Below are positions 13,157-25,911 of a DNA stretch of 64,000 bases, piece after piece. The notes under the pieces are model-generated. The model searched no databases. It saw only the letters and a list, made by a program, of their open reading frames with translations, and had not been told where the DNA came from. The first letter of the stretch is position 1, and each line of letters begins with the position of its first letter. The stretch lies in NCBI GenBank assembly GCA_965113315.1, contig OZ220375.1; one strand, 5' to 3'. The stretch comes from Podarcis vaucheri. Lineage: Eukaryota. Both the position numbers and the translations under genes were made by a program.

Positions 13157-13344
13157 CAATGGTACCTCTAGTTGCGTGCACCTCTGGATACGTATCCTTC
13201 AGGTTATCTATGCGGCAAACCCAGAAGTATTTTTGCAGGTTTCGCCGTGCACGCATGCGCAGAACAGGCACCTCCAGTTTCGAAAACCTTGGGATCCGAG
13301 TGGAGTTCTGGAATGGATCCTGTCTGCAACCAGAGGTACCACTG
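13157..13344. mobile_element. Tigger-like MITE
   Basis: TIR CA(A/G)TGGTACCTCT.GTTGC, TA TSD. Confidence 0.85.
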
Positions 13345-14859
13345 TATTTAGGAGTCCAGAGTTTTGATGCCTGCTGTGCAAGGATTGAAGAACAGTGCTT
13401 GTAAAAGTGGCAGAGTTTGCTGTTAATTTCTCTAGTATTTTTCCTACTTTATGATTGATTCTATAGGCTTGAGTTGTGTAGGCAGCTTGATCTTCTAGAA
13501 GGACTTGTTCTCTGGATTATGGTGCCCTTGTATTATATTTCCACAACAAGGGTATAAAAATAAATGCCCAGCTCAGGCAACATGTGATGAGAGCTGAGAG
13601 AGTTAGTATTATTCCATCGTGACCCACTCCCACCCCAAGCCTGTCTCTACTCTGGCAACATATGGAGAAGATCTCCTTACCCTTTGCTCTGTCTCCCCCC
13701 TCCCCCTGAATGCTGGGGTGGTGGGGGGAGAGTTGTCCCTTAAGCAATTCCTGTAAACATGGGCCAGTTGAGAACATACTGTTTTCCTCAAACCTTAAGA
13801 GGTGAAGGGAAGGGTTCCCCCTCCCCTTTCCAGACATGAGGGCTAATAGAGTTTACAGGAACTATTCTAGTATGTGCACAGACATTTTTCAGTGTGAGAC
13901 TAGACTGCTGGCCTTCTGAACCTGGGCACTCTAGAACAAGACTGGACTGTTCAGAACAGACTTGCATAAAGTAGGCACTGCAAAACAGGCACAGGACTTC
14001 AAAGCTGCTGAGCAGCATTCTTATTAGGATACAGCACACTCCTGTAAGATTATACATTGCTTCTGAAAATGGCTGCTGTCTGCTAGTAAGAATGCAGCTC
14101 AGCACCCTTTAGCCTTGTCTCTGTGCTTCATTGCATATTTTAGCATTGCCCTTGCTGCTTTTCCAGGCTGGTTTTAGGTTATCTTCATTGGGCAGCTACT
14201 GAGCCCCAAGGTGCTTAATGAGAGGCTTACTTATTAACTCCTAACTTGCCCACAGTGCCACCTCTCCCTGTTTCTGGCTCACTGTGATATTATAATTATC
14301 ATATAATTATTATAATTTCTGTCTCACCATTTCTACAGCCTGGGACTCAAAGCGGCTTACACAGATAAAATAGAACAAGCTAAAAACATAGAAAAGACAA
14401 TCATTAAAATGTAATTAAACACTAATTGGGTGCATCCACCCTTTAGCATGCACCACCAATAGTGGGAGCATTTTCTGCTATGATTTGCTTGCCACCAAGC
14501 AAGCAGGCAGTGATGCCTGATAGGAACAGCAGTTGCCACTGCTTACTTGCCTGCCTTCTCCCACTTACGATGGCAGCAGCAAGCAGTGACCACTGCTGCA
14601 CTGCCTACTCACTGGATGGCAGCGGGAGGGGGGAGGAAGAAGAAGCCACTGTCCATTATGGTGACTTACCTTGTGGAGGCAAGGTGGGTGAGCAGGGTCA
14701 TCTCACCAAATGGTTTGCTATCAATAGTCCCTCAAAGGCTGGAGCCTGCCCCAAACGTCTTTTCTTGCTATTCAAAGTGTTAGTATTTGGGCTTGATTCA
14801 TGTTACCTTGGTCTGCATCTCTGATCCATCTGAGCCTTTCGTTCTCTGTACTTTTAGTT

Positions 14860-14995
14860 CAGGTATAGGCAAACTCGGCCCTCCAGATGTTTTGGGACTA
14901 CAACTCCCATCATCCCTAGCTAACAGGACCAGTGGTCAGGGATGATGGGAGTTGTAATCCCAAAACATCTGGAGGGCCGAGTTTGCCTATGCCTG
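14860..14995. mobile_element. Palindromic hAT MITE (136 bp)
   Basis: Near-perfect fold-back CAGG...CCTG; exact 8-bp TSD TTTTAGTT at 14852-14859 and 14996-15003. Confidence 0.92.
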
Positions 14996-17766
14996 TTTTA
15001 GTTCAAGTTCTATCTTTAATACTGCATAAGCCTCTTTCTCACCCCCACCCCTCAAAAAGTGATTTATTACTTAGTCTGGACCAGAGGCTTAAGGTGAACT
15101 ATAGTATTCACATACAAATCTCAAATCCGTAAGATCCAGCTCTCCAGGGAAATGTTTCTCCCCTGCCTCCTAGACCTCCTCCCCATATTGTTGGCAGTGG
15201 CAGAAACAAAAATATTGTCAACATGATATTGGAGTGGACACCTTGATGGGGATGCAAATTGTCCCCTTCCCAATCATCCAACTGGTCACTTGAGCTTGGA
15301 GGGGGTAGTTAGATCTTCATGGCTCAGCTGAAGGGCAGAGCACTGTGCCTTGTACACGGGTTTGCCCTGTGTGTAGGTTGTGGTGAAAAGTGTGGTGTTA
15401 CCACTGGTGTGCAGACCTTGGAGATCTGACCAAGGGTGAATGTGGGTCTTGGACCAAGAAAGTTTAGCTACCTCTGGCCTAAAATATTTGTAGGTATGTC
15501 ACACAAGTCTGTTTCTCTCTCAAAAAAAAATAAAAAAAAAAAATTGATACCAGCTTTGTATAGGAAAGTCAAGTATTGCACAATAACAAGATTAAAGTCC
15601 ACAGATATTTTGTTACATGTTTATGCATGCGTGTTTAGATAGCAGGAATAGGGCCCCTGAGTATGTGTTTGCAGAAGTGGCCCCTAGAGGAATAGGCAGT
15701 AGGAGATGACAGGTTTGGGACAGACATGGTCCAGGGGCAGACATAACTAGGGTATGGGCATTTAGTCTCAGAAAGCTGGGGAGCAGGGAGGCTCGAGCTA
15801 CTCTACTTTCTTGAAAAGAAATTAAGGACTGTTTGTAGAAAACTGGCTGGTTGAAAAACACAACTTGCCCACAAACTCTGACACTTTTATGCCCACTTCT
15901 TATTGCATCCAGCACAACTTCTCCCTTTCCTTGAGGAGCTGCAGCTATTCTCCAGTCTCGCACTTCTGTTTGTACTCGGGGACCCCTAAACCTGGGCTCA
16001 CTTGTGTGAAAGTAGGACCCTTTGCAATCTTTAGGATTAGGAGGGTTTGAAGAGGTTCCGCCCTGTCAAATTAAAGGAACAAAATGCTTGAGCTGTGTTT
16101 ATTTTTAACTGTAGCAGAGTATGTTGCTGTTGTTTTTAGTAAGCTTGTCTTTCCCGGAATTACAACATGAATGCACTGGGACTAGATCCATACACATTAG
16201 TTTGGCCTGAACCCTTGGGAAATAGCCCGACTATAAATGCTATCGCCCATCATTCACCACCACCCTGTTTCCTGGCCAATCTTGTTTGCCTTGACATGGC
16301 TACCAAAAAGCTAACTTTCGTTGGAGATTAGGCCCCAGAGTCCTGGAGCTCTTCTTCAAGTACCATTTAAAGCTGTAAATGCTGCTTCAACAGAACATAC
16401 TTTAAAAAGGGACGAGTCTTATAACGCCGTCAGTTTTCGTAAGCTGTCATGTTTATCGCCCACATATTGGGTTTTCGCCTGTGCTTACACACATCGTGAT
16501 TACATGTTTATATATGGATGGCAAACTGGGGTGTAGAAGATCAAAGAGTTGCCAAAGTTTTCTTCAGAAATTGTGATGCAATGCATGCAATACAGTTTTT
16601 GGCTTTTGATGTCATGCTTTGACCTCAGTTTTGTAATGGGGTGACTTAGGATACAGCCTCCTTGGAGTTCACTGAATGCCAACTTTTTATTCATGGTATA
16701 TCTATAGATATAGATATATCTATCTATATATATCTGTTCTATACTCTATTGACTCTTTCTGCATCTTGCTTTCCTCCCCTGTTCATTTTGAATTAGATAT
16801 ATACATAGCAGGATCCCATTCCCTCACCTTCTTTCCCCAAGACCTGTTTTTATTTCTCATCACACTCAACCATAAACTCCCCCCCCCTGCTCCCAGGGTG
16901 ATCAGGATGGATTAAAAAATAATCATCTTTTTTTTAAAAAAAGTGAGTAGAAGTTTATCTTAAAGAATAACTAGGTTGATCTGCATGCTAGCACTATAGT
17001 ATGCCTTTCTACTGATTTAATTTTTACCTGCTAGCATTGGGCCTTGCCTATATCTATATCTATGTCTGAAGAGCCAATTTGATCAAGTATGAATATTTGC
17101 ATTCAGCCTACCAAAGTATTTGGTATTTATTTACCTAATGAAAATAACCCAGTAACTAGCAAACCTTACTTCCATCTTTGTTACTTTGTTTTTGTGAGGG
17201 TGAGGTTGGGCAGAAGCAGAGAGGAGGAATGCTGAAATAAGACAACAAATTTACCCAGTGGTCAGATTCCTATATTTTTATGTGTAACCTCACAAACTCT
17301 CATGGCTATTGGTTGTAAGCAAACACTAAAGGGGAATATTTTAAAGGCATTCCCTATATAGCTAAAGAAAAACCTACAAACCTTGCTACAAAATGTATAC
17401 CATGCAAGATGCAGGGCATGGTTGTAAGAATCAAAACAGAATAAACAATGCTCTGTTTAGACAGAAACCATAGAATACGTTGGAGCCTCATGTCTGCAGA
17501 AACACCCAGTGTCCTGGCCCTGCCAGGGGGCTGTCAGGCAAGGAATGTCCAGAGTGAGGAGGTAACTCTTTATTGTCAAAAGTGCACTTACAAGTAGGGA
17601 AAAGGCATGTCTATCAGTCCTACAGTGCTCAGCTACTCCAAGGTGTGCACCTGACGAGGTGCATGTAACCTGCTTCTGCTCCTCCCTCTTCAATCCTTGC
17701 TTGGTCCTGGGAGACAGTGGAGCAGGAGAGGTGGGGGCAAGAGGAGGAGGTGTGGAAGCCCTTGAC

Positions 17767-18234
17767 CAGGAGTCAGCAAACTTTTTCAGCAGGGGGCTGG
17801 TCCCCTGTCCCTCAGACCTTGTGGGGGGCCAGACTATAAGCCCCCCCAACTCTCCCATCTCTTCTCCACAGTACTGGACGAGCCCTGGTGGCTGCTTACC
17901 TGTGTCTTGCGAGCGGCAGGCGGTGGCGGAGGGACGATGAGCGGCACACGAAAGGGCTCCAGAGAGGGGCTGCTTAAAATGGCGGCTGCTCGAGCGCTGC
18001 TGACCCTGGCACCAACAAAGCCCAGCCCCCTTCCTCCTCTAGGCAGGGCAGGGAGAAGCCAGGAGGAGGGAGGGAGGGAGGAAGGAGGTGCCAGCGCCGG
18101 AGTTGCCGTGTGAGGGAGAGGGAAAGAACGCATGTGCTGGCAATCCATGCAGCGATTCCCAGACCATCTGCGGGCCGGATCCAGAAGGCAGTTGGGCCTG
18201 ATCCGGCCCACACACCTTAGTTTGCCTACCCATG
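17767..18234. mobile_element. GC-rich non-autonomous hAT element
   Basis: CAGGAGTCAGCAAACT...AGTTTGCCTACCCATG termini; 6/8 TSD cccttgac/tccttgtc. Confidence 0.7.
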
Positions 18235-20310
18235 TCCTTGTCTCTCCACCAGCCTGACCTCTCCCTCCTCCTCCTCAACCTGTTCTTCATTCTCTAATCC
18301 TGCAGTTTATCCTGCCTGATTCTCGTCTCCTGTCTGTTACAGGCTCCCCCAGATCACTGTTCCCTTCTTCCAAGTTAGTCTCTAACCCCCCTTCTCCCGG
18401 TGGTGCCCACTCCTCAGTATCCAACCACCACTCAGTGTCCAGCCAGCCCCGTCACAACATCAGGTTTGGGTTTGAAGAATTCCGAGCTTTCCTGGCCACC
18501 CAACCTGTTCCCAAACCTGGGAGAGATTTCAACTAGCTCAGGATGTTTCCTTCTAAATCCCCTTCTTTTATTCCCAATGACAGGGAAATAGTTTTATGTA
18601 TTTTTTAAAAGAGAAAATTCCAGAGGGAGTGCAAGTTAAAGCAGTTCAATCACATTTGGTTCCCTTCCTCTTTGGGTTGCAGCATAAACTGTAAATGAAT
18701 ATGGTTTCATAATCAAATGTGCACCATTCTTTAGGAACTATATGAAGAAATAATAATCATTGATTTTAAATCAGCTTGATTTAAATCAAACCACCTTGTT
18801 GGTGATTGCAAGCTTGTTTGGGAAAAATCTAGGTGGAAATGGGTGGCAATATTATTTTGAGGTCAGGGTTTTAAAAATTCCCACATAGTGGCTCTAGACT
18901 CTGACTACACAGTGAGCTGAGCACACATTGTTGACTGACTGTCTGGCCTCTATGTTGACTACTTTTAGTTAGAGCTGTCATGAGGTTTTTGTAAGTAATT
19001 TTGGTATATGCTTTCACTCTTGTCATTTATAATGTAGAATGGGGGAAGTGGAACATGTGTTTGTAGTGTCAGCTCCTCTGTCTTAAAGAAGGAGATAGGT
19101 AATAAACTATTTACAGTGTAATTTTGTACATATCTACTTAGAAGTGAGTCCCACTGAATGTAGTGAATAAGTGAATGTAGGATTACAGATTTAAGTTCCC
19201 ATGTGCCAGTAAAAAATAAAAAATCATATACCGTATGTTCAAAGGACCTGGGATTTTTCAATTCCTACTTGAACTATATTCTGCAAAATACAATGGAGGC
19301 AATTGAAACCACCAGGTTCAGCTGGATTGAACAGTTAGAACTTCCGCAGCTAACAGAAGATAGAATCAACAAGAGAGCATTGAAACATGCAACTTGGGAT
19401 GGCCTATAATATATAGTATTTTGTGGCATTAAGATGCTGCTCTGTTCCAAGTACTTGCTCTGAATCTTTAACCTTTAGCCCATTGCTGTCTTAACTCATT
19501 TCAGAACACAATGTAGACAGAATCCTATCTTATTAATTTCACTGTATAGGATGTAAATGTGTAAGTAATAGAATGGCAGGTAAGGTTAGACTGGACTGTT
19601 TGGGGGGGGGGGACAGACATAGAAGCCACTGGTAACTGTCCTGATCCAAAGGGATGGTATAAATATTTCTGAGAGAAAAGGAGCCCTGTTGGATCAGACC
19701 AGTAAAGGTCCATGGCAGCCTCTAGGGAGGCTACAAGTCTCCCCTGTTTCTTCCTCAGCAGCTGCTTATGTATGTAGAGGTTCCATTTTACGGTCATGGT
19801 TATTAGGTTTATTAATGGCCATCTTCTATTAACCTGTCCAATCCCTTTTTAAAGCTTTCTAAAGCAGTAGCCAGCACATAATAAATATAAATATAAATAT
19901 CCCTTCCATCTGACTGGGTTGCCCCAGCCATTCTTGTTGCGGCGAATTCCTTAAATTGTGTTCTGTGATAAAGTGATTTTTTAAAATCTACTCATTGAGT
20001 TATTTGTTACATCAGTAGAGGAAAATATTTCCTCTTTGCTTTCTCCACACTTTGAATAATTTAAAAAGTTACTGTCATGTCCCTTGATCTTCCTTTTCTA
20101 AACTGCCAGTGAAGTCCTATGCATGTAAATACAATTGATTAAGATGGGACTTTTCCTGAGTGCATATTAGAATCACAGGTTTAAAAGTCTCAAATGCTTT
20201 AGCATTGGGGAACATATGTGAAGTGGCTATGGAAAGGGCTGTATAAATATTTTGTGTTTTATTGTTTGTAGAATGCTGCTGATTGCCTGTGTGAGTGGAT
20301 GTGGTAGTAG

Positions 20311-20449
20311 TAGAATCACAGAATCATTGTAGAGCTGGAAGGGACCCCCGAGGGGCATCTAGTCCAGCTCCCTGCAATGCAGGAATCCTGGCCACAACCA
20401 GGTGGGCTCGAACCACCAGCCTTCTGGTTAACAGCAAGACGCACTGACC
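20311..20449 (-). mobile_element. SINE with a tRNA-Asn(GTT)-derived head and CR1-type 3' tail
   Basis: Minus strand GCTGTTAACCAGAAGGCTGGTGGTTCGAGCCCACC matches tRNA-Asn anticodon and T arms; tail ends GATTCTGTGATTCTA. Confidence 0.7.
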
Positions 20450-20892
20450 CTCCTCTGTCCTGGCACTCTGTTGGTGTCTGTTAACGCTGCTGTGTAAGAA
20501 CCCATAGACCCCCCCAACCATATTTGTAGTTTGAAGTGTAGTGCAGCAAAATCTCATCAGCCGGAGTGGGCTTCAGCAGAGCTTTTCTGGCGGTTGAGGG
20601 GCGTCCATACCCTTCCATGCTGCCATAAAACAAAAGTGTGGGGGTGGGGATGAAATCTGTGTTGATACGGAAGAGGGAACTTTTGGTAATCTCCGGCAGG
20701 CTGGGGAAAACATTCTAGGCAAGGGTGCTGCCTAGCAGGACTGATTTTGGTAGGTGATATGCAAGAGCGAAGCAATGCTGTCGGCATTTTATTCTTTTCG
20801 GTGTTCCCCGAACCGCTGCGAGCATCACTGCCTGGCTTGGGTGGGGCATCTTGGCGTGGGAGCTTCTCAAGGAGACAGAGGCCCAAACATTG

Positions 20893-21138
20893 CTGCAGCT
20901 CCCAGGGCGACCTGGGCGGGGTGGAAGAGAGGAGCAGCAATTGGCTCTCCTCTTCGCATTCTAGGTGACGAGTGCAAGGAGGAGCCCTTTCCTCTGCATC
21001 CTCAGCAGGGACCTGAGGCCTGGGATTGGTTCTTTCTGCAGCCTAGGTAACCAGCACAGGGCGGAGCCTGCCTCCCTCTGCATCCTCCGCGGTGACCTGG
21101 GGGAGGGGATTGGCTCCGGCTGCAGCCTAGGTAACGGG
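20893..21138 (+). repeat. Three degenerate tandem units of about 84 bp, each with ATTGG and CTAGGTRAC
   Basis: ATTGG at 20940, 21025, 21109; CTAGGTGAC/CTAGGTAAC at 20961, 21043, 21127. Confidence 0.75.
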
Positions 21139-23729
21139 TGTGTGTGGTGGGGGGGTGTTGTCTCAGTCTCACTGCAGCCTCAGCCCAGCACATGGGGTGG
21201 GGATTCCATATCTGCAGCCTGGGCATTGAGCAGGGGGTGGGGATTCGCCGGAACTCCTCTAAGCAACAAGAGGAGGAGCGCTGAGGATTGGATCTCATGC
21301 TGGGGCGGAGGGAGGAGGGCTGGCGATAGCACAGCACCTGTGGGTCACATGCTGGCAAAGGAGGGGGGCTTCTAAACAACTCGGGGGCGGCTGGCAAGCC
21401 TGCCAAAAAAGAAAAGAAAAAAAGAGCAACTGTTAACTGAAACCAGAGATGTCTGTCCAGCACCCTGCCTGGGTCACCCAGCTCTGCCTGCCCGGAATTT
21501 GCGCTCTACATAGACCATGATCTGGGTGGACAGCTCTGGGAGCGGCAGCTGGGGACATGAGAAAGGTATCCCTTTTAACCCTTTTCTTGCCCCTCCTTCA
21601 TGCCTGCTATTAGATTGTGGCTAGAGCAGGCCAGATCTCTTCCCACCAGGCACCTTGGAGCTAATAAATCTGTAGGGGGGAAGAATGTGTTATATCGACT
21701 TGAGGAGGGAGAGGCTCTGAGAACAAGAGGAAATGGGTTGTGTGAGAAATGAATGTCCTGAAGTGGGGGAGGGGGAGCGGAGTCTTGGAATGGGGGGGGG
21801 TACATCTGGGAAGAAGCAGATGGTCGAAATGAGGGTGAGGGGGTGCAGACCAAAGACACCTTTGGCCCATATGTGTATCCTGGCCTGTTTACTGAAAGGT
21901 CCAGGTGGGGGGTGGCAGAGATGGTTACCTTGCTGGCATATCTCTTTGCCCACACCATCAGATTGCCCCAAGACCTGAGAAATCTTCTGTGTGTCAACTG
22001 GACAAGGCATCCATCCAGATTGTATTATTTAATTTGAACGGGTTTTTCGTGTTAAAGGGCACACTGCAGGAGAATAACAAAGTTGGGTTTGGTCAAGGTA
22101 CCCATTTTGTGAGATGGGGAAGAGGTTGTCTAAACTTGTTTTAGTTAATTTGGGGTGAATTCAAGAAGTGGGGGGGTGGGGAGGAAAGGTGATCCAAATA
22201 GTGCCTCCGACAAATTAGGCCCTGAAAGAGCATTTTATTCTGCTGGGGTGGGGATAGTGAGAGTCCATAGCAGAACAGGATTGGCAGTTACAGAAGAGAC
22301 TGATTTGTAAGGAGGTCCTGAAATATTTGACCAGTGATTGAAGGTGATACCAGAATTTGCATATTCAAGTTAGAGCTATTCTGAATAGTGTTGCAACACA
22401 AAGCATCCTTATGCTCTGACATTGGGGGTCGGAAGGTAAGGGGAAATCACAACATTTTTCTGTTTTCTTTTTGGTAGTGCTGTGAAAAAGAGGGCACTTT
22501 ACTCTGCTGAGTTCTTGTCTGGAAGAAAGAAATAGCAACTTAAAAATTAGTGTCTTTGGCAGCCTGAATTCTGCATCCATATGTAACCTCTGTACATAGT
22601 AGAATAGTAGTTTGGGGTGGGTGGGTATCTGTTTTCCTTAGGAAATAGGTTTGTGGAGGGTGGGGCCAGAAGTGCTGGCTGACAGTGGCGCTTAAAAAAC
22701 TGCATAAGCCTTGTAACAAAAAAGAACAACCGCCTGTGCCACAGGGTGGGGAGGTACCTCTGTGTGGTTGGCAATTCTAGGGCTGGGCCTGGGTGAAAGG
22801 AACAAACTCCTGCAGTGCATGAATAAATATAGCCTGCCTGTGGGGGGTGGCTTAGCCTTGGGAGAGGCCTGTCCTGCAGAGGAAGAATTTTCAGGATATT
22901 GTGGGGGAAGGGAGATGGCATTCCAAAGGAGAAGCATGTCTAGAGTCTGGTCTGGATGAGGGCTGATCACTGCTTTGCGGTTGGAAGAAGGCAGTGTGTG
23001 TTGGATGCGTTCAGCAGGGCAATTTGCTTTCAGTTTGAAGGGCTGGTTAAGGTAGGCAGCTCTGCTGTCTGGAGCAGAGGGAGCTGGCCAGGCAGAGCAC
23101 GCATGGCAAAGCCGGGTTCTTGAGTTGCATCAGGTGGCTGAAAATGCAGAGAATCCCCACCCCTTTATGCAAATAGCCAGAATGGCACCACAGGCTGATG
23201 CAAGCCCGCTATGGAGCAGCAATCCAGAATGACAATTGGCCCTCCCTTCCTTCCCTCCCTCCCTCCTTCCCTCCGCCTGCCAGCCAGCCAGCCGTCTGAG
23301 CGGTTAAAGCTGCAGACTCCCTGCTGCCTGGACAGAGCGAGCACTGCTGCGTAGCATGGGCAGCGACAAGGAGACAGCTCTGTTGCTGTTCATGGAGTTC
23401 CCGGTCTGTGCCCCGGAGCAGCCTCGTTGCAGAGCCGCTCTTGGCCAGCTCCCAGTGCAGAATGGCTGTAGGTGGGGGGAAAGTATCTGGAGCCCCACGA
23501 CATCAGGGATGGTCCAGAAAAGGAGCAGGAAAGGTGGGGCTGCACCACATTCAGAATGAAGGGCGGCACTTGGAGGTGAGTAGGGTCAAATGGTGGTGGA
23601 TGCAGTACGTCACAAGGGAGGCTGAAGTTGCAGGGGAGGGCATCCTCCAGAGAAAAGAGGGCGGCAAGGAAAGGAGAAGCCTTATTACGAGTTTTTTAAG
23701 TCCCCCCCTTGTTTTTCTTTTGTTTTTAG

Positions 23730-23945
23730 GACATTGATTTAATTGACATCCTGTGGAGACAGGATATCGACCTTGGAGCTGGGCGTGAGATTTTTGACTA
23801 CAGCCACCGCCAGAAGGAGAACGAAGTGGACAAAGAACCAAATAATGGGGAGGAGTGTGGGGATGGCTGGAGGAGCAGAGGGGGCGATGTTGCTGACAGG
23901 GCCTTGGTAGTGGATGGCGAGACAGGGGAAAGCTTTCCTGCACAG
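23730..23945 (+). CDS. NFE2L1: NFE2L1 coding exon 2 (Neh2-like: DIDLID/DLG and ETGE motifs)
   Basis: ttttttAG|GAC ATT GAT TTA: DIDLIDILWRQDIDLGAGRE...VDGETGESFPAQ|GTAAAA; 216 nt, phase 0-0. Confidence 0.96.
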
Positions 23946-25821
23946 GTAAAAAAAAATAACTCAACTCCCTACTTGGGTAGGACAGTTTTCTTATCCACCA
24001 TCCTGGGATTGTTCTTTGTAGCTGTTCAGTAGGGGAAAATCTGCTGCTCCCTCTCACTGCATGCTTGGGTAGGCCTTGGGAAGAAAATAGCTGTGATGCT
24101 AGAAAATGTCCTCCCCTTTTCAAGTTCAGACACAACTCTTAAAAGGGAATTAGTTCTGAAACACTGATGTTCAGTGTTGCTGATTCTGCCCAGGAAGCAG
24201 GCAGGGCTGCTTCTCCGTTTGCGTTGGGTTTGAGTGCCTTCATTACCTTTCCGTGCTTGGTTAAAGGCCTTGGTCTGTGCTTTGTTGCTTTGTGGTAGTC
24301 CTCAACATACACCCCTTGCTCCCTAGGCTCCACACCACCACCTTCTGATCCTTCTCTCAGCATCCTGGCTTCTTCTCACCTCTGTTCTGTGAGAATTGGG
24401 CCTTCTCCCATGTCTTATTTTTGGTTGCAACTGTTAAGAGTATGTTATTTAGTAAGAATTTTTAAATCTCTCTCTATAAATCTCATTAGTTTGGTCCTAG
24501 CCAGCCTCCTTCCAAATGGGGCTAGGATTTATCAGAGAATCCTGCTAGCAGATGCTGTGGGGAGGCTATTTCCCCTTATTTCTCTTTATAACACCTCACA
24601 CACTGCTCTGGAGCCAATTTTGTGAGTAGGATTCTACTTGGGGTTGCTCTTGCTTGTCATCCTAGTCTATATCTCTTTCTAATTTGGTGAATCCATCCTG
24701 AGTCTTCAGAGTAGGACTGTGATATCCTATCAAAGCCAGTTAATAAACTCTTGACCCTGGATGGCTTTGAGAACAGTTGTTACTGGGCACATCAGATCTC
24801 CAGATTCAGTTCAGTCAGTCCCCACTTATAAGACTGCAGGAATTCAGGGTAGGTGACAGCCTCTGGAATGGCTCACCCCAGTTAGAATATCCTCTGGAAG
24901 CAGGGCTTCCCTTCTTGGGGGCTGCATCTAATTCTGCAGCAAGATAATTTGCATTTGATTAAATTTTACTGTGTGACATAAACTGTTTCTTGACTTCAGC
25001 GTTTGAAATTTTGTCAGAATGCAGGGTGTTTGAGAAGAGACTCAGGGGTGTCATTGGAATAAGTAGTGGGGTGGTTGTGGAGGGGTTGTGGGACAGGGAA
25101 CTGGGTGTTGTATTGGAAACCGTGCCAGATAGACAACCATGTAGCTATTGGCTGTTGAGGTGAGTTTTTAGGAAACTCTGTCTCTTGGTCAGGACTACCT
25201 GGTTCTGAGCATTTAGCCCTGTCCCAGGCTGTGCATTGGACTACATCACTGGGTTTCGTCCCTGTCTGAGACGGGTGTCACCTCAGCATTAATTACATTT
25301 ATCTAAGTTCAAGAGAAGAATAAAAGTGAGTGGGGCGAGGAGGAAAGATAAAGGTTAGTTTAGTTTATTCAGCTAATAGATTGCTTTACACAGCTAAAAG
25401 AAAAGAAGTCTCTGTGTGAATTACAGAGACAGTAACACACAAAATACAATACTTTTAAAAACAATGCAGGTGCACTATAACGTGCATCTACAACATCAGC
25501 AGCAACATAAAATAACCACCCCATCCACATAAAAATGTATACAAACAAGCACACACAAACACAGCCACTATTAATGCTGCTGAAACGTCCAGGGGAATAA
25601 AAATGTCTGCCTGGTGCTGGAAGGATGACAGAAAAGGGCTATTTTCTCATTGCCACCCTCCAGATATCTCTTAAAAGAGGCACACAAAGAATAGGAGAAT
25701 GTACAGGCTTTTTAAAAAAGTTAGTCGTATGTTGCCGGTGGAGGTTGATCTGAAAAAGTTGAAGGGCATGGGTATAGATGATCTTACAGTAAAATGACAC
25801 TTGAATTATTTGCTCTTCCAG

Positions 25822-25911
25822 GTGCCTGGTGTTGAGGACCAGACAGCCTTGTCCTTGGAGGAGTGCCTTAGGCTGCTGGAGGCCACGTTTCCCTTTGGGG
25901 AGAATTCAGAG
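25822..25911 (+). CDS. NFE2L1: NFE2L1 coding exon 3 (90-nt Neh4-like cassette exon that distinguishes TCF11 from Nrf1a)
   Basis: ttccAG|VPGVEDQTALSLEECLRLLEATFPFGENSE|GTGGGT; symmetric 90 nt. Confidence 0.95.

Noticed and set aside
16893-18799. Possible large old hAT element with GATTTAAATCA subterminal motifs (similar motif near 1511)
   Set aside because: Ends and TSD could not be fixed by eye, so it is not listed as a feature
20400-20449. tRNA-Asn gene
   Set aside because: Acceptor stem and 5' part are missing and it is fused to a CR1-type tail, so it is a SINE head
20893-21138. CRISPR-like repeat-spacer array
   Set aside because: Eukaryotic context, whole units are degenerate duplicates, no unique spacers or cas genes
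23551-24135. 194-aa minus-strand ORF
   Set aside because: Antisense shadow over an NFE2L1 exon, with no recognisable homology
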